From the NCBI GenBank assembly GCA_023388175.1, contig JAEWGT010000015.1:40485-104484 (forward strand): a DNA stretch of 64,000 nt, in the 5' to 3' direction. This DNA comes from Pseudomonadota bacterium (GTDB taxonomy: Bacteria; Pseudomonadota; Alphaproteobacteria; Rhizobiales; Devosiaceae). A program made the position numbers and the translations under genes. Of this stretch, positions 30,285 to 40,310 are shown one piece after another; position 1 is the stretch's first letter; each line of letters starts with the position of its first letter. A model generated the notes under the pieces. The model worked only from the letters and a program-made list of their open reading frames with translations, was not told the DNA's origin and did not search any database.

Positions 30285-30562
30285 TATCGGGCTTTCTCAG
30301 TCGGTTATGGCGACACAGTGCCATTCGAGGCCCGCTTTGACACCTCAAAATATGCCTTGCCTCGCAAGCGGATCGGCCCCTCGATTTGACGCTACGATCA
30401 TATCTTGGAGCGCTGAATACGCGCTCTGGCGCGCATTGTTGCACCCACTGCCTTCGCTCACTCACACATCCGTTCTGCATGCTAGGCACAAGGCTGTTTC
30501 CAGTGCCGGCGCATATCTCCTGTGCGAAGTAACGGTAATGGTCACAAATCCGCAAAGGTTGA

Positions 30563-30590
30563 CTTGCGGGCAGGGCGGTCCACCCTATTT
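30563..30590 (+). promoter_or_regulatory. RpoH-like promoter upstream of lon
   Basis: CTTGCG-N15-CCTATTT. Confidence 0.6.
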
Positions 30591-30685
30591 ATTAACCTGA
30601 ATCGCCCAGCCTTTAAGGATTGGGCAGTCGCTAACGGGCGCGCCACCCAATTCCTCCCTCCGGTGCGCCTCGGAAAGGAAATGTG

Positions 30686-33112
30686 ATGTCGGAAGTTAGT
30701 TCCACCGGCGAAACCAGCCGGGACCGGGTCTATCCGGTTCTCCCCCTGCGCGACATCGTCGTCTTCCCCGGAATGATCGTGCCACTGTTTGTTGGCCGCG
30801 AAAAGTCGGTCAAGGCGCTTGAAGAGGTCATGCGCGACGACAAGCACATTCTCGTCGTGACCCAGAAAAATGCGCAGGACGACGATCCCGCACCCGATCA
30901 GATTTATCCTACCGGCACTATCGCAACCGTGCTGCAATTGCTGAAATTGCCCGACGGCACCGTCAAGGTGCTGGTTGAAGGCCTGCATCGCGCCAATATC
31001 GATCGCTATCTGCAGACAGAGGACTATTTCGAAGCCGAGGCCTCCGCGCTGCTGGAGCCGGAAGAGGATGCGACCGAAACCGAGGCACTGGCCCGTTCGG
31101 CGCAGTCGGAATTCGAAAACTACGTCAAGCTCAACAAGAAGATATCGGCTGAGGTCGTTGCTGCTGTCGGCCAGATCGAAAATGCGAGCAAGCTGGCCGA
31201 TACCATTGCAAGCCATCTCGTCATCAAGATTCCCGAAAAGGAAGATCTGCTGCTCACCATTTCGGTGATCGAGCGGCTCCAGAAGGTCATTGGCCTGATG
31301 GAAGGCGAAATCGGTGTCTTGCAGGTGGAGAAGCGCATCCGCTCCCGCGTCAAGCGGCAGATGGAGAAAACTCAGCGCGAGTATTATCTCAACGAGCAGA
31401 TGAAGGCGATCCAGCGCGAGCTGGGCGACGGCGAGGAAGGTGCCAACGAAATCACCGAACTCGAAGAGCGTGTCGCCAAGACCAAGCTCAGTAAGGAAGC
31501 GCGCGCCAAGGCTGATGCCGAGATCAAGAAGCTCAAGTCCATGAGCCCGATGTCAGCCGAAGCCACGGTTGTCCGTAACTATCTCGATACGCTTCTGGGT
31601 CTGCCCTGGGGAAAGAAGAGCAAGGTCAAGCGCGACTTGGCTCTGGCCGAGAAGGTGCTGGACGCGGATCATTATGGCCTCGAAAAGGTCAAGGAACGCA
31701 TCCTTGAGTATCTGGCTGTGCAGGCTCGCACCGGCACGCTCAAAGGCCCGATCCTTTGCCTGGTTGGCCCTCCGGGCGTCGGCAAGACCTCGCTGGGCAA
31801 GTCAATTGCCAAGGCGACCGGGCGTGAGTTCGTGCGCATGGCGCTCGGCGGCGTCCGTGATGAAGCCGAAATCCGTGGCCACCGCCGCACCTATATTGGC
31901 TCCATGCCCGGCAAGATCGTGCAGTCGCTGAAAAAGGTCGGCAAGTCCAACCCGCTCTTTCTGCTCGACGAAATCGACAAGATGGGCCAGGACTTCCGTG
32001 GCGATCCATCTTCGGCCCTCCTGGAAGTGCTCGACCCGGAACAGAACAACACATTCGCTGACCACTATCTCGAAGTGGATTATGACCTCAGCGACGTGAT
32101 GTTCGTGACCACATCGAACACGCTGAACATTCCCGGGCCCCTGATGGACCGCATGGAGATCATTCGCCTCTCGGGCTACACCGAAGAGGAGAAACATGCG
32201 ATTGCCAAGCAGCACCTGATTCCCGAGACGACGAAGGAAAATGGCCTGGCTCACGGCGAGTTCAAGCTCTCCGACGAGATGCTGATGAAGGTCATTCGGG
32301 GCTATACCCGTGAGGCTGGCGTCCGCAATCTCAAGCGCGAGATCTCCAAGCTGATGCGCAAGGCGATCACCGATATCGTCCGCACCAAGGTGAAGTCGAT
32401 CGAGATCGATGATGAGCGTCTGGCCAAGTATCTCGGCCCGGCAATCTTCAAGCATGGCGAGATCGAAGCGGAATCGCAGGTGGGTCTCGTGACAGGCCTC
32501 GCCTGGACCTCGGTCGGCGGTGAGCTGCTGACCATCGAAGGCGTGATGACGCCCGGAAAGGGCCGCATGTCGGTCACCGGCAACATCAAGGAAGTGATGA
32601 AGGAGTCGCTGACCGCTGCCACAGCCTATGTGAAGTCTCGCTCAATCGACTATGGCATCAAGCCGCCCATGTTCGATACGCGCGACATTCACGTGCATCT
32701 GCCCGAAGGCGCGACGCCCAAGGATGGCCCCTCGGCCGGCATCGGCCTTGCAACGGCCATCGTCTCGGTGATGACCGGTATTCCCGTGCGCAACGATGTT
32801 GCCATGACCGGCGAAATCACGCTGCGGGGTCGAGTCCTTCCGATCGGAGGCCTCAAGGAAAAGCTCCTTGCGGCTCTGCGCGGCGGCATCAAGACCGTGC
32901 TCATTCCTGAAGAGAATGTCCGCGATCTCCAGGAGATTCCGGACATCGTGAAGGAAGGCATGGAAATCGTGCCCGTCAGTCGGATGGATCAGGTTATCGA
33001 ACGAGCCCTTGTGCGCAAGCCCGAGCCCATCGAATGGGACTTCGACGCCGAGCCGGCCGTTGCGGCCAAGGTCGATGCGACGGACGACAGCGCAGCCAGC
33101 ATCACGCATTAA
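30686..33112 (+). CDS. lon: Endopeptidase La (Lon protease)
   Basis: [47 protein letters not shown]. Confidence 0.99.
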   Translation: MSEVSSTGETSRDRVYPVLPLRDIVVFPGMIVPLFVGREKSVKALEEVMRDDKHILVVTQKNAQDDDPAPDQIYPTGTIATVLQLLKLPDGTVKVLVEGLHRANIDRYLQTEDYFEAEASALLEPEEDATETEALARSAQSEFENYVKLNKKISAEVVAAVGQIENASKLADTIASHLVIKIPEKEDLLLTISVIERLQKVIGLMEGEIGVLQVEKRIRSRVKRQMEKTQREYYLNEQMKAIQRELGDGEEGANEITELEERVAKTKLSKEARAKADAEIKKLKSMSPMSAEATVVRNYLDTLLGLPWGKKSKVKRDLALAEKVLDADHYGLEKVKERILEYLAVQARTGTLKGPILCLVGPPGVGKTSLGKSIAKATGREFVRMALGGVRDEAEIRGHRRTYIGSMPGKIVQSLKKVGKSNPLFLLDEIDKMGQDFRGDPSSALLEVLDPEQNNTFADHYLEVDYDLSDVMFVTTSNTLNIPGPLMDRMEIIRLSGYTEEEKHAIAKQHLIPETTKENGLAHGEFKLSDEMLMKVIRGYTREAGVRNLKREISKLMRKAITDIVRTKVKSIEIDDERLAKYLGPAIFKHGEIEAESQVGLVTGLAWTSVGGELLTIEGVMTPGKGRMSVTGNIKEVMKESLTAATAYVKSRSIDYGIKPPMFDTRDIHVHLPEGATPKDGPSAGIGLATAIVSVMTGIPVRNDVAMTGEITLRGRVLPIGGLKEKLLAALRGGIKTVLIPEENVRDLQEIPDIVKEGMEIVPVSRMDQVIERALVRKPEPIEWDFDAEPAVAAKVDATDDSAASITH

Positions 33113-33130
33113 AGCGCCTGTAATACAATG

Positions 33131-33164
33131 AAAGATGGCGGTCCTGAAGGGCCGCCATTTTTTT
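33131..33164 (+). terminator. Rho-independent terminator after lon
   Basis: ATGGCGGTCC-TGAA-GGGCCGCCAT followed by a T-run. Confidence 0.85.
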
Positions 33165-33217
33165 CGTCTGCCCACCAAGCTCTGCCCGGGAAGGGTGTTT
33201 AGGGAAACGGCTGGTCC

Positions 33218-35272
33218 TCAGCGCGGTCTTGGAGCGTCGACAAGATCGGCTTCCGCCGCCTCTTCCGGCAGGGCGAGGGTTTTCAGGGTCGCGCGCGGCA
33301 CGAAGACATGCTCGACGCCGATCCAGGACGGCACATATTTGCCGCGATGCAGCCAGAACGTTTCGCCGCACGCCTTGCGCGCCATGTCCACCATGGCGTG
33401 CATCTGCTCGACATTGCGCGAGGTCATCTCAACCCAGACAAATCCGCGTCCAGTCGATGGCTGACGGGTGAACCGAACGCCAATACCCTGGCCCGGGGTT
33501 AGCTGCATTTCCGGCAATTTCTCGCGCAGGCGCGCGATGAAGGATGCGGCACAGGCATCGGGCACGCAGACTTCCATGTTGCGCACCCGTCGCCGTGCGT
33601 CACGGAACAGCTTGCCGACCAATTGTTTGGCAGGCACGCCGTGCCAGGGCGCCAGCACCTGGTCCGAGCGGCCGACAATACGCAGACGCCCGCGCAGCCG
33701 CAGCGACAGCAGGAGTTTCTGCATGGCCGCAGGCGAACCCCGCATCGGCGCGAATGGACCGCGATCTCTCGGGTGGTCATCAGCGAGCGGGTTGACGTTA
33801 TAGACCATCATCTCCTTGCTGCGCGGATACCAGTGCACAGTCGTGCTAAGATTGGCGAGATAGCCGCCATTCACGTAGGATTCGAGGGCGGTGTCGGGAT
33901 GCCACTCGATGACATTCGCGAGTTGGTAATTGGGCCGGCATCGAAACGTCACCTCCGTGACGACGATGCCATTGCCCTCACGGAGCCTGTCCCATTGCGC
34001 CTCATCGCGCTCGGAATACCGTTCCTCGCCATCCCGGTCCACATAGCGAATGGCGGTGATCAGGTCATAGATCGAGATGAACTCGCTGCTGCTGCCATGG
34101 ACCTCGGCAAAGAAACAGGCGCCTGCGGAAATGTCGACAAATTCCGGCAGTGTGCCCAGGGTCATGTTCTGCGGCGCCAGAAAGTCGAGCATGGCCCGCA
34201 GCGTCGTACCGGCGCGTACCGTCAACAGGTCAGCCTCAAGGCTAACGACGCCGGAATAGTGCTCCATCACCAGTTGGTCGCTCGTCAGCTTGTCGTTGAA
34301 CCACAGGAAATAGCCCCGCCCAATGGCATGATAGGGTTTTCCGCTGCGAACGACCGCGCGAATGTCGTCGAGCGAGCGAGCATCCACCACGCGCGCGGGC
34401 GGCTCGAAGAAGTCCGCCAGTTGGCGATTGGTAGCGACACCGCTGAGCCGCCGCACCTTTTCAGAATCCACGCGCACATCATGAGCGAAGAACCAGAGTG
34501 TCGACGGAATGGCCCGTGCAGCTGCGCCCGAAAGCCAGTTCGGCGCAAAAAACATTGGTCGCTGTGCGAGGCTGGCGGCGTGTCTGAAATAGTCGTCCGA
34601 GCTGACGTCGAGATCACCCAGATTGACGACCTCGTTCTTGACGCCGCTCTCGATGAGTTTCAGCAATTGGTTGCTGAGGTCCTCTACGTGGATAAGATTG
34701 ATGGTGCGCCCTTTGAGCCCGAAGGGAGCCATGCGCATGGCGGCGACAATCCCGCTTGACCATTGCATGTTGGGGCCCATCACCACAGTGGGGCGAACGA
34801 TCAGATAGTCGATGCCTTTTTCCTTGCAGACGGCAATGACCCGCTCTTCTTCGATGAGCTTCAGGCGGGTGTAGTTGTCGAGGCCGGGACGGTCGGCGAG
34901 TTCGGCGTCTTCTCCCTGCACAGGGTGCTGGACGGGATCGAGTGCGGCATAGACGACCTGCGAGCTGAAATAGACGAAAAGCCGGCATGTCTCGGGTTGG
35001 ATCAGGGTGAGCAGCGCTTCGGTTACCTCGCGGTTGGCAGCGATGAACTCCCGGCCGCGTGCCTTGGTGTTAAGCGCGGCATGCACGACGACATCAGCGC
35101 CGTTCACGGCCTGAGCCAGGCTTTCGCTATCCTGGAATCGGACGGCTTCCACCCCGGCTGGCAGGTGCTGGGGCAGGGTGCGATAGACCGCGCTTACGGG
35201 ATGATCGTTTGAAAACGTCTTCACCAATTGGCGGCCGATTCCGCCCCCCGCTCCAATCAGGCATATCTTCAC
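33218..35272 (-). CDS. Fusion of extended SDR (NAD-dependent epimerase/dehydratase) and VAO/PCMH-type FAD-binding oxidase (aldonolactone oxidase-like)
   Basis: N-terminal GAGGGIG, FVYFSS, YTRLK (YxxxK), IVRPTVVMGP; C-terminal PARVVDARSLDDIRAVV, HAIGRGY, LTVRAGTTL, VHGSS, WLHRGKY; GTG start. Confidence 0.82.
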   Translation of the reverse strand: MKICLIGAGGGIGRQLVKTFSNDHPVSAVYRTLPQHLPAGVEAVRFQDSESLAQAVNGADVVVHAALNTKARGREFIAANREVTEALLTLIQPETCRLFVYFSSQVVYAALDPVQHPVQGEDAELADRPGLDNYTRLKLIEEERVIAVCKEKGIDYLIVRPTVVMGPNMQWSSGIVAAMRMAPFGLKGRTINLIHVEDLSNQLLKLIESGVKNEVVNLGDLDVSSDDYFRHAASLAQRPMFFAPNWLSGAAARAIPSTLWFFAHDVRVDSEKVRRLSGVATNRQLADFFEPPARVVDARSLDDIRAVVRSGKPYHAIGRGYFLWFNDKLTSDQLVMEHYSGVVSLEADLLTVRAGTTLRAMLDFLAPQNMTLGTLPEFVDISAGACFFAEVHGSSSEFISIYDLITAIRYVDRDGEERYSERDEAQWDRLREGNGIVVTEVTFRCRPNYQLANVIEWHPDTALESYVNGGYLANLSTTVHWYPRSKEMMVYNVNPLADDHPRDRGPFAPMRGSPAAMQKLLLSLRLRGRLRIVGRSDQVLAPWHGVPAKQLVGKLFRDARRRVRNMEVCVPDACAASFIARLREKLPEMQLTPGQGIGVRFTRQPSTGRGFVWVEMTSRNVEQMHAMVDMARKACGETFWLHRGKYVPSWIGVEHVFVPRATLKTLALPEEAAEADLVDAPRPR

Positions 35273-35341
35273 CGCTTCATCCCCTTTGGTCTTGCATATG
35301 GCCCGCGCTTTCTTCGCAAGACCGTGTCGGCCAGGGCCGGT

Positions 35342-36631
35342 TCAGGTGGTGACGGGAAATCGACGGGAGCCGGCCTTGGCTGCGTCGATTGTCGCCTCGA
35401 TGAAATTGACTGCGGTGGCCAGGCCGTCTTCTTCGGAAAGGATGTTTCCGATGGACTTCGCGTTGGTCGCCATTGTCTTGTTGGTGGTCAATTCATGCAG
35501 TGCGTCCGCCAGAATGTCTGGCGTCAGCGCACGCAGCCGAACAGGGGCAGGACCGCAGCCGAGCGCGCGCACCCGGCGGCCCCAATAGCGCTGGTCATAG
35601 GCCTGCGGCAGCGTGAATGTTGGCTTGCCGGCACGCAGCCCAGCGGCGGTCGTGCCCGCTCCGCCGTGATGCACTACGGCGCCCACCAACGGAAACAGCT
35701 TGTCATGCGGCGCTTCGGAAACGGCAAAGACCGTTTCGGGCAGGTCAGAGGCGTTAATGCCGCCCCAGCCCCGCGAAACGATGGCGCGGCCGCCCCATTT
35801 CTCCAGGGCGGACTTCAGCAATTGGGTATTTCTCTCCGCGCCGAACGGCATGGAGCCAAAGCCGATATAGACTGGCGGTGGTCCCGCATCGAGAAAACGC
35901 TGCAATTCAGGGGAGGGAGCCCAGTCGCTGGTGTCGTCGAGGAACCAGAAGCCGGTCACCACTGCCGTCTGCGGCCAGTCGCGCGGCCGCGGCGACACCA
36001 CAGATGAGAAATTGTAGAGCGTCGGCAGGTTATTGCCGAGGCTGTCCTTGAAGATGCCACCACGCTTGCGTGGCCCCAGCCCCATCAATTCCTTGCGTAC
36101 TCTATCGCGCGGCAGGTCATAATAGCCCTGCTGAATGTTCATCGCGATATAGCTGAGCTTGTTGAAGGTGGGTCCGAGATCGGGGACTTCATAGGCACAG
36201 ACCGGAAATTCCCGGGTCGGGTTCAGCGGCTGCATCGCCGTCATGATGACGGGAATGTTCAACGCCTCGGCGATGTCGATGCCGAAGCTGGTATTGATGT
36301 TGACGACGATGGCATCGGCGCCCTGAGACATGGCCCATGAGTTGCGGGCAGCGCGTTCCACGAGGGCCTGACCCTCCCGCAGCAATTGGGGGAGGTGATG
36401 AATCTTCATCTGACTGATCGCATTGTCGAAACGCGATTCCTGCAGCCAGTCCTGCATGTTGGTGCCGAGATTCTTGAACTCGATGCCGTGCGAAACAATC
36501 AGGTCTTCAAAATCGGCATTGGCACCGAGAACCACGTCATATCCATTCCGGCTCAACTCGATGGCGAGCGCCAGATAGGGCCTGACATCGCCGGCTGTGC
36601 CGATGGTAGCGATTGCGACGCGTTTTCTCAT
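35342..36631 (-). CDS. UDP-glycosyltransferase, GT1/GT28 (sterol 3-beta-glucosyltransferase-like)
   Basis: IATIGTAGDVRPY, PVYIGFGSM, APHDKLFP, VVHHGGAGTTAAGLRAGKP, DQRYWG; ATG at 36631 with GGAAGG RBS. Confidence 0.92.
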   Translation of the reverse strand: MRKRVAIATIGTAGDVRPYLALAIELSRNGYDVVLGANADFEDLIVSHGIEFKNLGTNMQDWLQESRFDNAISQMKIHHLPQLLREGQALVERAARNSWAMSQGADAIVVNINTSFGIDIAEALNIPVIMTAMQPLNPTREFPVCAYEVPDLGPTFNKLSYIAMNIQQGYYDLPRDRVRKELMGLGPRKRGGIFKDSLGNNLPTLYNFSSVVSPRPRDWPQTAVVTGFWFLDDTSDWAPSPELQRFLDAGPPPVYIGFGSMPFGAERNTQLLKSALEKWGGRAIVSRGWGGINASDLPETVFAVSEAPHDKLFPLVGAVVHHGGAGTTAAGLRAGKPTFTLPQAYDQRYWGRRVRALGCGPAPVRLRALTPDILADALHELTTNKTMATNAKSIGNILSEEDGLATAVNFIEATIDAAKAGSRRFPVTT

Positions 36632-37052
36632 GCACCTTCCCGACGTAATTTCTGCGGCTCTGCCGGCACCCAACATGTAGGGGCGCGATGGCATTTACAA
36701 GGTAACCGGAAGAACATATTAAGTCGGTAGCCGCGCTCGACCGTGGTACCAGAAGACATTTCTCAAGGGCAAGAGACATGGCGTCTCCGATGGCAATTGC
36801 AGGGTTTGGAGCATCGCTCGCCGGCAATACGGCGCTCGCCCGCGTGGCCGCAGCTGCGGCGAACGCCAGCTAGCTCTTCCCTAAGGCCACAGGGTGGCCG
36901 GGAAGAGCCGAATATCGCTGTTCACGCCGCAAGCCGGGCGTTTTAACCCGCTTAAAACCATAATTCCGCGATAATCAGCGTCTCTTTGCGAGATGCGGCG
37001 CATCTGGGCGCGTCGCGGCACTTTGAAGTCCCTTGGGACTGTTGAGGAAATC

Positions 37053-38276
37053 ATGAGCAACGACTTCCACCGCATCCGTCGTCTTCCCCCTTACGTGTTC
37101 GCCCATATCGACCCGATCAAGGCCAGGCTGCGCGCTGACGGCGTGGACATTATCGACCTGGGCATGGGCAATCCCGATATGCCGACGCCGGAGCACATCG
37201 TCGCCAAGCTGCAGGAGACGGTGAAGGATGGGCGCACCCATCGCTATTCGACGTCGCGTGGCATCCCGGGTCTGCGCAAGGCCCAGGCAAGCTATTATGG
37301 CCGCCGCTTTGGCGTGAAGCTCAATCCCGATACGCAGGTCGTGGCAACGCTCGGCTCCAAGGAAGGCTTTGCCAACATGGCTTCGGCCATTACCGCGCCC
37401 GGCGACGTCGTGCTGGTGCCCAACCCGACCTATCCCATCCATTCCTTCGGCTTCATCATGTCGGGCGGCGTCGTCCGCTCCATGCCCGCCGATCCGAATG
37501 AAGACTTCATGCGTTCGCTCGATCGCGCCGTGCGCCACTCGATTCCAAAGCCCATCGCGCTGGTGCTGAACTACCCCGCCAACCCGACCGCCTACACAGC
37601 CGACCTCGATTTTTACACCGAGGTGGTCAAGTATTGTAAGGCGAACGACATCTTCATCCTTTCGGATCTCGCGTATTCCGAGATCTATTTCGATGAAGAT
37701 GCGCCACCGCCGTCCGTGCTGCAGGTGCCCGGCGCCATCGACATCACCGTCGAATTCACCTCCATGTCGAAGACGTATTCCATGCCGGGCTGGCGTGTCG
37801 GCTTTGCAGTGGGCAATGAGCGGCTGATCGCGGCATTGGCGCGGGTGAAATCCTACCTGGATTACGGCGCCTTTACTCCAATCCAGGTCGCCGCAGTTGC
37901 CGCTCTCAACGGCTCTGACGATGTGATCTCCGAAGTGCGTCAGGTGTATAAGAACCGCCGCGACGTGATGGTGGAAAGCTTTGGACGTGCCGGTTGGGAC
38001 ATTCCGGTGCCGAAGGCAACCATGTTTGCCTGGGCGCCGATCCCCGCCCAGTTCGCCCATCTCGGCTCATTGGAATTTGCCAAGCTGCTCATTCAGGAAA
38101 CGGGTGTCGGCGTGGCGCCCGGCGTCGGCTTTGGCGAATATGGTGATCAGTATATCCGCCTGGCCTTCGTCGAAAACGAACACCGCATCCGGCAGGCTGC
38201 CCGTAACGTCAAGAAACTGCTTGGCGGCAAGGGCGGGCAGGGCAACGTGGTGCCGCTGGCCACCGCGGCCAAGTAA
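37053..38276 (+). CDS. Class I PLP-dependent aminotransferase (AlaC/YfdZ-like, often annotated LL-diaminopimelate aminotransferase)
   Basis: FHRIRRLPPYVF, IIDLGMGNPD, NYPANPT, SDLAYSE, SMSKTYSMPGWRVG. Confidence 0.92.
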   Translation: MSNDFHRIRRLPPYVFAHIDPIKARLRADGVDIIDLGMGNPDMPTPEHIVAKLQETVKDGRTHRYSTSRGIPGLRKAQASYYGRRFGVKLNPDTQVVATLGSKEGFANMASAITAPGDVVLVPNPTYPIHSFGFIMSGGVVRSMPADPNEDFMRSLDRAVRHSIPKPIALVLNYPANPTAYTADLDFYTEVVKYCKANDIFILSDLAYSEIYFDEDAPPPSVLQVPGAIDITVEFTSMSKTYSMPGWRVGFAVGNERLIAALARVKSYLDYGAFTPIQVAAVAALNGSDDVISEVRQVYKNRRDVMVESFGRAGWDIPVPKATMFAWAPIPAQFAHLGSLEFAKLLIQETGVGVAPGVGFGEYGDQYIRLAFVENEHRIRQAARNVKKLLGGKGGQGNVVPLATAAK

Positions 38277-38354
38277 TTCCGATCAATGGGGGCGGCGCTG
38301 CTGCCTCCTGTCTTTCCAGAGGATAGCGGCGTGGACGCAGGGGCAGATGCCGCC

Positions 38355-39485
38355 ATGCAGTGCGGCTATTTTGACAACGGCCTCTGCCGTTCCTGCACGT
38401 TCATGGGCATGCCCTATGACGCCCAGATCACGCGCAAGCTCGACCATGCGCGCGGCCTGCTATCTGCCTGGCCCGATGCCAAATGGCTGCGGCCCATGGT
38501 CAGCCGGCACGATAACTTCCGCAACAAGGCCAAGATGGTCGTCGGCGGTTCTGCCGACAAACCGACCCTGGGCATTCTCGATGCGGCGGGGCAGGGCGTC
38601 GACCTCACCGCTTGCGGCATCCTCTCGCCGGGCCTGCGGGCTGCGTTTGCGCCGATTGCCGCGTTCATCTCCCGCGCCCGCATTACGCCCTATGACGTGC
38701 CGGCGCGACGCGGCGAGCTCAAGCATATGCTGCTGACCGAGTCGCCAGCCGGCGAATTGATGCTGCGCTTCGTTCTGCGCTCCACCGAGCCACTGGGTCG
38801 GATGCGCAAATTCCTGCCCAGCCTTCTGGCCGACCTCCCTAGGATTGGCGTCGTCACCGCCAATCTTCTCCCCGAGCACAAGGCCGTTCTTGAGGGCAGC
38901 GAGGAAATCCCGCTCAGCGGAACCGAAACGCTCGCAATGCAGTTGGAACACCTCGTCCTCCATCTCCAACCCGCCAGCTTCTTTCAGACCAATACCGACA
39001 TCGCCGCTGGCCTCTACCAGCAGGCCCGCGAATGGGTCGACGAAGTTGATGCCCACTCGGTCTGGGATCTTTATTGCGGCGTCGGTGGCTTCGCCCTTCA
39101 TGTCGCCGCGCCCGGCCGCAAGGTCCACGGCATTGAGGTCAGCGCCCCCGCCGTTGAATCCGCGCGACTGAGCGCCGTGGAAGCCGAGCTTTCGGACGTG
39201 ACATTTTCGGTAGGTGACGCGACTTCCATCCAGGCGCGACAGCCCCCTGACTCAATCATCGTCAACCCGCCCCGGCGCGGCCTTGGCGATACACTCTGCC
39301 AGACGCTCGAAGCATCGGGCCCGTCCAGTATCATCTATTCAAGCTGCAACGCCGTGACGCTCGCCCGCGACCTTGCCGCCCTGCCGTCCTACATTCCCAA
39401 GCGCATTCGGCTGTTCGACATGTTCCCGCAAACCGATCACTACGAAATCATGGTCCTGCTTATCCGTAACGCAGCGTCAGGGTGA
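38355..39485 (+). CDS. rlmC: 23S rRNA (uracil-C5)-methyltransferase, RlmC/RumB type
   Basis: N-terminal MQCGYFDNGLCRSC Fe-S motif without a TRAM domain, FRNKAKMVV, FFQTN, WDLYCGVGGF, VNPPRRG, YSSCN, DMFPQTDHYE. Confidence 0.88.
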   Translation: MQCGYFDNGLCRSCTFMGMPYDAQITRKLDHARGLLSAWPDAKWLRPMVSRHDNFRNKAKMVVGGSADKPTLGILDAAGQGVDLTACGILSPGLRAAFAPIAAFISRARITPYDVPARRGELKHMLLTESPAGELMLRFVLRSTEPLGRMRKFLPSLLADLPRIGVVTANLLPEHKAVLEGSEEIPLSGTETLAMQLEHLVLHLQPASFFQTNTDIAAGLYQQAREWVDEVDAHSVWDLYCGVGGFALHVAAPGRKVHGIEVSAPAVESARLSAVEAELSDVTFSVGDATSIQARQPPDSIIVNPPRRGLGDTLCQTLEASGPSSIIYSSCNAVTLARDLAALPSYIPKRIRLFDMFPQTDHYEIMVLLIRNAASG

Positions 39486-40154
39486 TCCTCGGGCAGGCGC
39501 GGGCGGAGGCGCCTGTGCCATCAATGTACGCGCCTTGCTCAGCCGGTCTTCCAGAAGTCCGGTAAGGGTGTTGAACGCTTCGTCGCGAAATCCAAGATAA
39601 ATGTCGGTGTCTCTCCTGCGGCTCGAAAAAATGGCTGAGCTGCCTTCAAGCACGGTACCAAGCATATAAAGCGCACTGCGCAAACCGCTGGCCGTAGCGG
39701 CGTCCTGTGAAACCCCAAGCGCGGCGATGCAGGCATTTACGGCCTCGTCGTAGAGCGTTTCCATCGCCGCCGCGATTTCGGGCATATGGTTCGTCATGGC
39801 CCAGAGTTCAAGAAAAACCGGGCCTGTTTGCTTCTCCGTGGCGTCCTTAAGCAGCCAGTCCACGATGTTGCGCAGCGATCCGTCCTGCCCCTCGGCAATT
39901 GCTGCGGCCAGCCCGGCAAACTCCGCCCGATACCGCTCCAGCAACGCCTCCATCAGCGCCTCGATCAGCTTTTCGCGCGTGGGATAATGGTGGGTGAGAT
40001 TGCCGTATCGAATATTGGCCAGAGCTGCGACGGCCTGCAGTGTTATGGCGGCAAAGCCCCCTTCGGCCATGATGTATATGGCGGCGTCGATGATGCGCGC
40101 TCGTGTCGCCGCGCCGCTGCGATTGGGTTTCGATCCGGCCAGACTATTGCTCAT
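39477..40154 (-). CDS. TetR/AcrR family transcriptional regulator
   Basis: TRARIIDAA...GFAAITLQAVAALANIRYGNLTHHYPTREKL. Confidence 0.88.
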   Translation of the reverse strand: MSNSLAGSKPNRSGAATRARIIDAAIYIMAEGGFAAITLQAVAALANIRYGNLTHHYPTREKLIEALMEALLERYRAEFAGLAAAIAEGQDGSLRNIVDWLLKDATEKQTGPVFLELWAMTNHMPEIAAAMETLYDEAVNACIAALGVSQDAATASGLRSALYMLGTVLEGSSAIFSSRRRDTDIYLGFRDEAFNTLTGLLEDRLSKARTLMAQAPPPAPARGSP

Positions 40155-40310
40155 CCCCTTTCATATCGCGCGCGCACCTGCAGACCAAGCCTGCAACAAC
40201 GGTCACAAAATTAACTGGTAATAAAACCTAATAAAGGTAATTTTGCCTGCATATCACGAGGAATCGTGGTTCGTCGGGCGCAGCGATGCCCGGCAGTTTC
40301 AGGGGGCAAT

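Noticed and set aside
36941..36957. TTTTAA-CCCGC-TTAAAA as a CtrA box
   Set aside because: Spacing is N5, not N7; it could be another operator but there is no further support
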